Below, piece by piece: positions 60,838-64,000 of a stretch of DNA of 64,000 bases. A program made the translations under genes and the position numbers. Position 1 is the stretch's first letter, and each line of letters begins with the position of its first letter. The stretch is from an uncultured delta proteobacterium (GTDB lineage: Bacteria > Desulfobacterota > Desulfobacteria > Desulfobacterales > B30-G6). Location: positions 160,001 through 224,000 of the forward strand of contig CAWGLD010000007.1 in the NCBI GenBank assembly GCA_963823335.1. Direction: 5' to 3'. The notes beneath the pieces were generated by a model. That model was not told the DNA's origin and searched no databases. It saw nothing but the letters and a program-made list of their open reading frames with translations.

Positions 60838-60869
60838 ACTCAGACATGGTTCACGTGCTCGAAAAAAAA

Positions 60870-60906
60870 GATATCTGCAATTTGGTCTAACTGTGAATAT
60901 TCTCCA
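60870..60906 (+). repeat. 37-bp short site S4
   Basis: GATATCTGCAATTTGGTCTAACTGTGAATATTCTCCA followed by TCTATCTGCAATT. Confidence 0.78.
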
Positions 60907-60949
60907 TCTATCTGCAATTGAAATACAAGGTTCACTAAAAGGAGGAATC

Positions 60950-61426
60950 ATGATAGGCGGGTTGGCCTTCCAAGATGAGTCTTATATTAAAAATAACCAT
61001 TGCTGGGTGTGTGGTAATGATAATCCTTATGGGCTTTATATTAAAAGCCAATGGGATGGTGACGAATCTATTTGCGAATGGGAACCAAAGGATTATCATT
61101 GTGCAGGTTGGCCTATCGTATTAAACGGAGGTGTCATTTCTGGTATTATGGATTGCCACTGTATATGCACAGCCATTGCGGAATATTACAAAGATAAAAC
61201 CTTTGAAGAAAAGGAATCACCAAAATATTGGTTTGCCACAGTCTCACTAAAAGTTGATTTTCTAAAACCAGCTGCTGTAGATAAACCTGTTCAGCTACGG
61301 GCAAAGATTAAGGAAATGCATAAAAAGAAAGCTGTTGTTTCATGCTCTTTATACTCGGATGGTGTAGAATGTGCGCAATGTGAAATGATTGGTGTACGAG
61401 TTCCTGCTAACGTAGGGCAGAAGTGA
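60950..61426 (+). CDS. PaaI-family thioesterase
   Basis: CWVCG.DNPYGL, LNGGVISGIMDCH, TVSLKVDFLKP; AGGAGG RBS. Confidence 0.85.
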   Translation: MIGGLAFQDESYIKNNHCWVCGNDNPYGLYIKSQWDGDESICEWEPKDYHCAGWPIVLNGGVISGIMDCHCICTAIAEYYKDKTFEEKESPKYWFATVSLKVDFLKPAAVDKPVQLRAKIKEMHKKKAVVSCSLYSDGVECAQCEMIGVRVPANVGQK

Positions 61427-61427
61427 C

Positions 61428-61464
61428 GTTATCTGTAATTTGACCGGACTATTGATTATCTCCC
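61428..61464 (+). repeat. 37-bp short site S5
   Basis: GTTATCTGTAATTTGACCGGACTATTGATTATCTCCC, one base after the stop codon. Confidence 0.65.
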
Positions 61465-61604
61465 TATCACAGTTGCTCGGGCTTACATGAAAACCGTGTT
61501 GAATTATTACAACCACAATCTTTATATCCATGGAACAATCTCCCACACTGTGAAATACAAATAATCGACAATATGAAAGCCATCATAAGAACGGAGCTTT
61601 AAAA

Positions 61605-61769
61605 ATGTCCAAGGGTGTTAATGAGAGAAAGCTGACTTGTTCAGATATTGGATACCGTGGAAAACCATTGGACAAGTTATCTAAAGATGAGTTTATTGAT
61701 CTTTGTCTTAAATTAGCCCAATCAATTCATGATTGCTCGACTGACGAAGCACCATGTAAAAATGTTTAA
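61605..61769 (+). CDS. Small hypothetical protein (54 aa)
   Basis: Manual translation MSKGVNERKLTCSDIGYRGKPLDKLSKDEFIDLCLKLAQSIHDC...; GGAG RBS; not in ORF track. Confidence 0.55.
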   Translation: MSKGVNERKLTCSDIGYRGKPLDKLSKDEFIDLCLKLAQSIHDCSTDEAPCKNV

Positions 61770-61869
61770 GCATGTGAACTATGGCTGGATATCCTTGTAT
61801 TGTCGCCTACAATGTGGTATTAACAAAACACTCATGCTAAAATAATTAATGGTCAAAAAATAATACCAC

Positions 61870-62280
61870 GTGAAAGATCAAATTAGAAACAAGAAAGGTT
61901 TTACCCTTGTTGAAGTCATTGCCGTTTTAGTAATTCTGGGTATCCTTGCAGCCGTGGCCATTCCAAAGTTTTTTGATATGCAGGAGAACGCCCGCATTAA
62001 AGGCTTAGCCAGTTGTATTGCGGTATTGAGCGGAGAGGCCAAATTAGCCTTTGCTAATAATATAATAAATGCCGGCCCCGATGGAAGGTATGATGGTTAT
62101 ATAGGCATCGGTGATCCTGATTTCATTGTGACAGGTCAATCTGTAAATACGCCCGCTTCTGGTACTATCAAGTACAAGAACCATCCTGATGTTTATAATC
62201 TTATTTGGACGCCCGGTCCTTCTACCGGACCCGAAAATAAGAAAAGACCTGGATATTTTACCTTGGGCAGTAAGATTTAG
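61870..62280 (+). CDS. Type IV pilin-like protein
   Basis: KKGFTLVEVIAVLVILGILAAVAIP. Confidence 0.85.
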   Translation: MKDQIRNKKGFTLVEVIAVLVILGILAAVAIPKFFDMQENARIKGLASCIAVLSGEAKLAFANNIINAGPDGRYDGYIGIGDPDFIVTGQSVNTPASGTIKYKNHPDVYNLIWTPGPSTGPENKKRPGYFTLGSKI

Positions 62281-62348
62281 CAATTGACAAAGACACATTT
62301 CACGGAACCTAAGTAGGGTCAATTTTAGCCCTATTCTTTTTGGTGACA

Positions 62349-62515
62349 TCTCCAAACGGTAGATATCAGACCCCTGAAAATTTACCGGTGTGCGAAAATA
62401 ATCACAATAGACCAAATCCTGCATTGATAGGGTCTCCCATGGTGCGCTGGGCATGACCAGATGGTATCGGCAATAATTTGGTTGAGTTTGATAACTGGAC
62501 TTATCTCCATCAATC
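62349..62515 (+). repeat. ~167-bp array repeat R12
   Basis: Colinear with R1; shortened left spacer. Confidence 0.92.
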
Positions 62516-62741
62516 ACAGATTTCAAATTCAATATTTATTAGCGTAACCTTCGGTTTTGACGTATTTTCCTCAACCCCAAGATGTTGCGGTTGTAGATTC
62601 TTATAATCTGAAAGCGACGGATCATGCTATCAGATATTTCATTGCAGGTGATTGTCTCCACATCTCACACTTGCATCACAGGATAGCTAAGAAAAGATGA
62701 CATGATTGGAGATTCATATTTTCAGAATTTAGGAGGGAAAA

Positions 62742-64000
62742 ATGAAAATATTTATTTTAAGTTTTCGTAAAATAATATTTTGTATTCTTGCTTTTTTCCT
62801 TTTCGCATTCGTGACTGAAAATGCAGTTGGCGAACAATCCAAAGAGCGCGAATACTGGCCAACCTCAGGTTGGAAGACTTCAATCCCAGAGAAGCAGGGG
62901 ATGGATTCCGCCAAACTATTGATAGCAGACGAGTTTATTCAGAACAGACTTCCCGATGCATTTAGCTTGCTGGTTGTCAAGAATGGCTATTTAGTCTTTG
63001 AGAAATATTACTCGTTGGGAAGTCGGGAAAAATATGCTGACGTCCATTCCGTTACTAAAAGTTTTACATCAGCCTTAATTGGTATCGCACTGGACAAAGG
63101 TTATCTTAATAGTGTTGATCAAAAACTTGTCGATTTTTTTCCTGAATATATCACTGATGAATCAGATCCGATGAAACAGGAGATCAGTCTTAGACACCTA
63201 TTAACAATGAGTGCCGGGTTTAAGTGGAACGATTGGGGTCCTAGCATGCGGAACTGGTTATATTGTTCTTCGAATTGGGTAAAATCTGCGATTCAACTCC
63301 CGCAAGAAAATACTCCGGGTGACATATTTAATTACAATTCATCAACGTCACATCTTCTGTCAGCAATCCTGTCAAAATCTTCTGAAACAAACACGTTGGA
63401 TTTCGCAAAGCAATACCTTTTCGAACCATTAGGGATTCAATCAGCCTATTGGCATGAAGACCAGCAAGGATACCATATTGGCGGTTTTGGTTTGGGTTTT
63501 TCAGCACGGGATTTGGCAAAATTCGGCTTCCTGTACTTAAATAATGGGTATTGGAATGGTCAATCTATTGTCTCTGAATTTTGGGTGAATCAATCGACCA
63601 GTCAACAAATACAAGCCTGTCAAGCCATCCCATTTATGGTAAATTTGGGTATGGGTATCAATGGTGGGTGAAAAAAGTCGATGGTTGCAAAAGCTATAGG
63701 GCACTGGGGAAGGCGAGGACAATTCATTGTGGTCGTTCCGGAACTGGATCTTGTCATTGCAGTAACATCCAACCCCGTGCAGCCTCACCCGCCGACTTCC
63801 ATTCATTACAATCCTCTTTTTGATCTGGTTGCAGCCGCTGTTAAAAGGAATAGGCCGCCGAAAAAACCACTGGTTGCTGTTGAATTGCCCCCTGATGTGA
63901 AGACCTTCATATCTGACTATAATCAAGCCAGATATGATAAATCTAGAAAATGTCAGAGCTGATTTCGGATCGTTTTCTCCATGAGGGAGTTACCAAGCAA
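62742..64000 (+). pseudogene. Serine hydrolase (class C beta-lactamase-like), frameshifted, running off the window
   Basis: SVTK, YNS; family sequence continues in other frames (YGYQWW in 63581-63823, GQFIVVVPELDLV in 63681-63962). Confidence 0.75.

Noticed and set aside
39783-62515. CRISPR array interpretation of the repeats
   Set aside because: Repeats are about 171 bp, separated by whole genes of very different lengths, and no cas genes are present.
39783-62515. Canonical integron attC sites
   Set aside because: The left end CTCCAAC is only RYYYAAC-like, the matching right position is usually ACTGGAC rather than GTTRRRY, box spacing is asymmetric, and no intI is seen. A highly divergent attC cannot be fully excluded without IntegronFinder.
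62626-62660. Possible sixth short site (GCTATCAGAT...GATTGTCTCCA)
   Set aside because: Box B is good but box A is weak and the span is 35 rather than 37 bp; not counted.

Overview
The window has two parts. 1-38921 is ordinary chromosome, probably from a Desulfobacterales-type sulfate reducer (inferred from gene content and protein style, not a database hit). It carries hflKC, a bS22-like small protein, groES-groEL, a type IV pilus cluster (pilB-like ATPase, frameshifted pilY1, pilX/V/W, two fimT-like genes), purQ-purL, rpsB-tsf-pyrH-frr-uppS-cdsA-dxr-rseP, rho-rpmE-prfA-prmC, adk, rpsU, folC and tRNA-Arg(CCG), with several TA-flanked palindromic miniature elements. Directly after the tRNA, and running off the window end, is a visibly AT-richer accessory region built like a gene-cassette array. 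Mostly single, unrelated, + strand genes are separated by 12 co-oriented copies of a ~171-bp structured repeat and at least 5 related 37-bp sites. The repeat has TCTCCA-like motifs at both ends and long arms with compensatory changes between copies. It lacks a canonical attC signature, and no integrase lies in the window. An IS110-family element with a CT core and a predicted circle-junction promoter sits in the left-end motif of one degenerate site. This array is the best candidate here for an undescribed system; its mechanism is inference only. Product calls come from motif recognition by eye, and starts were moved from the ORF track where a better start or RBS was visible.
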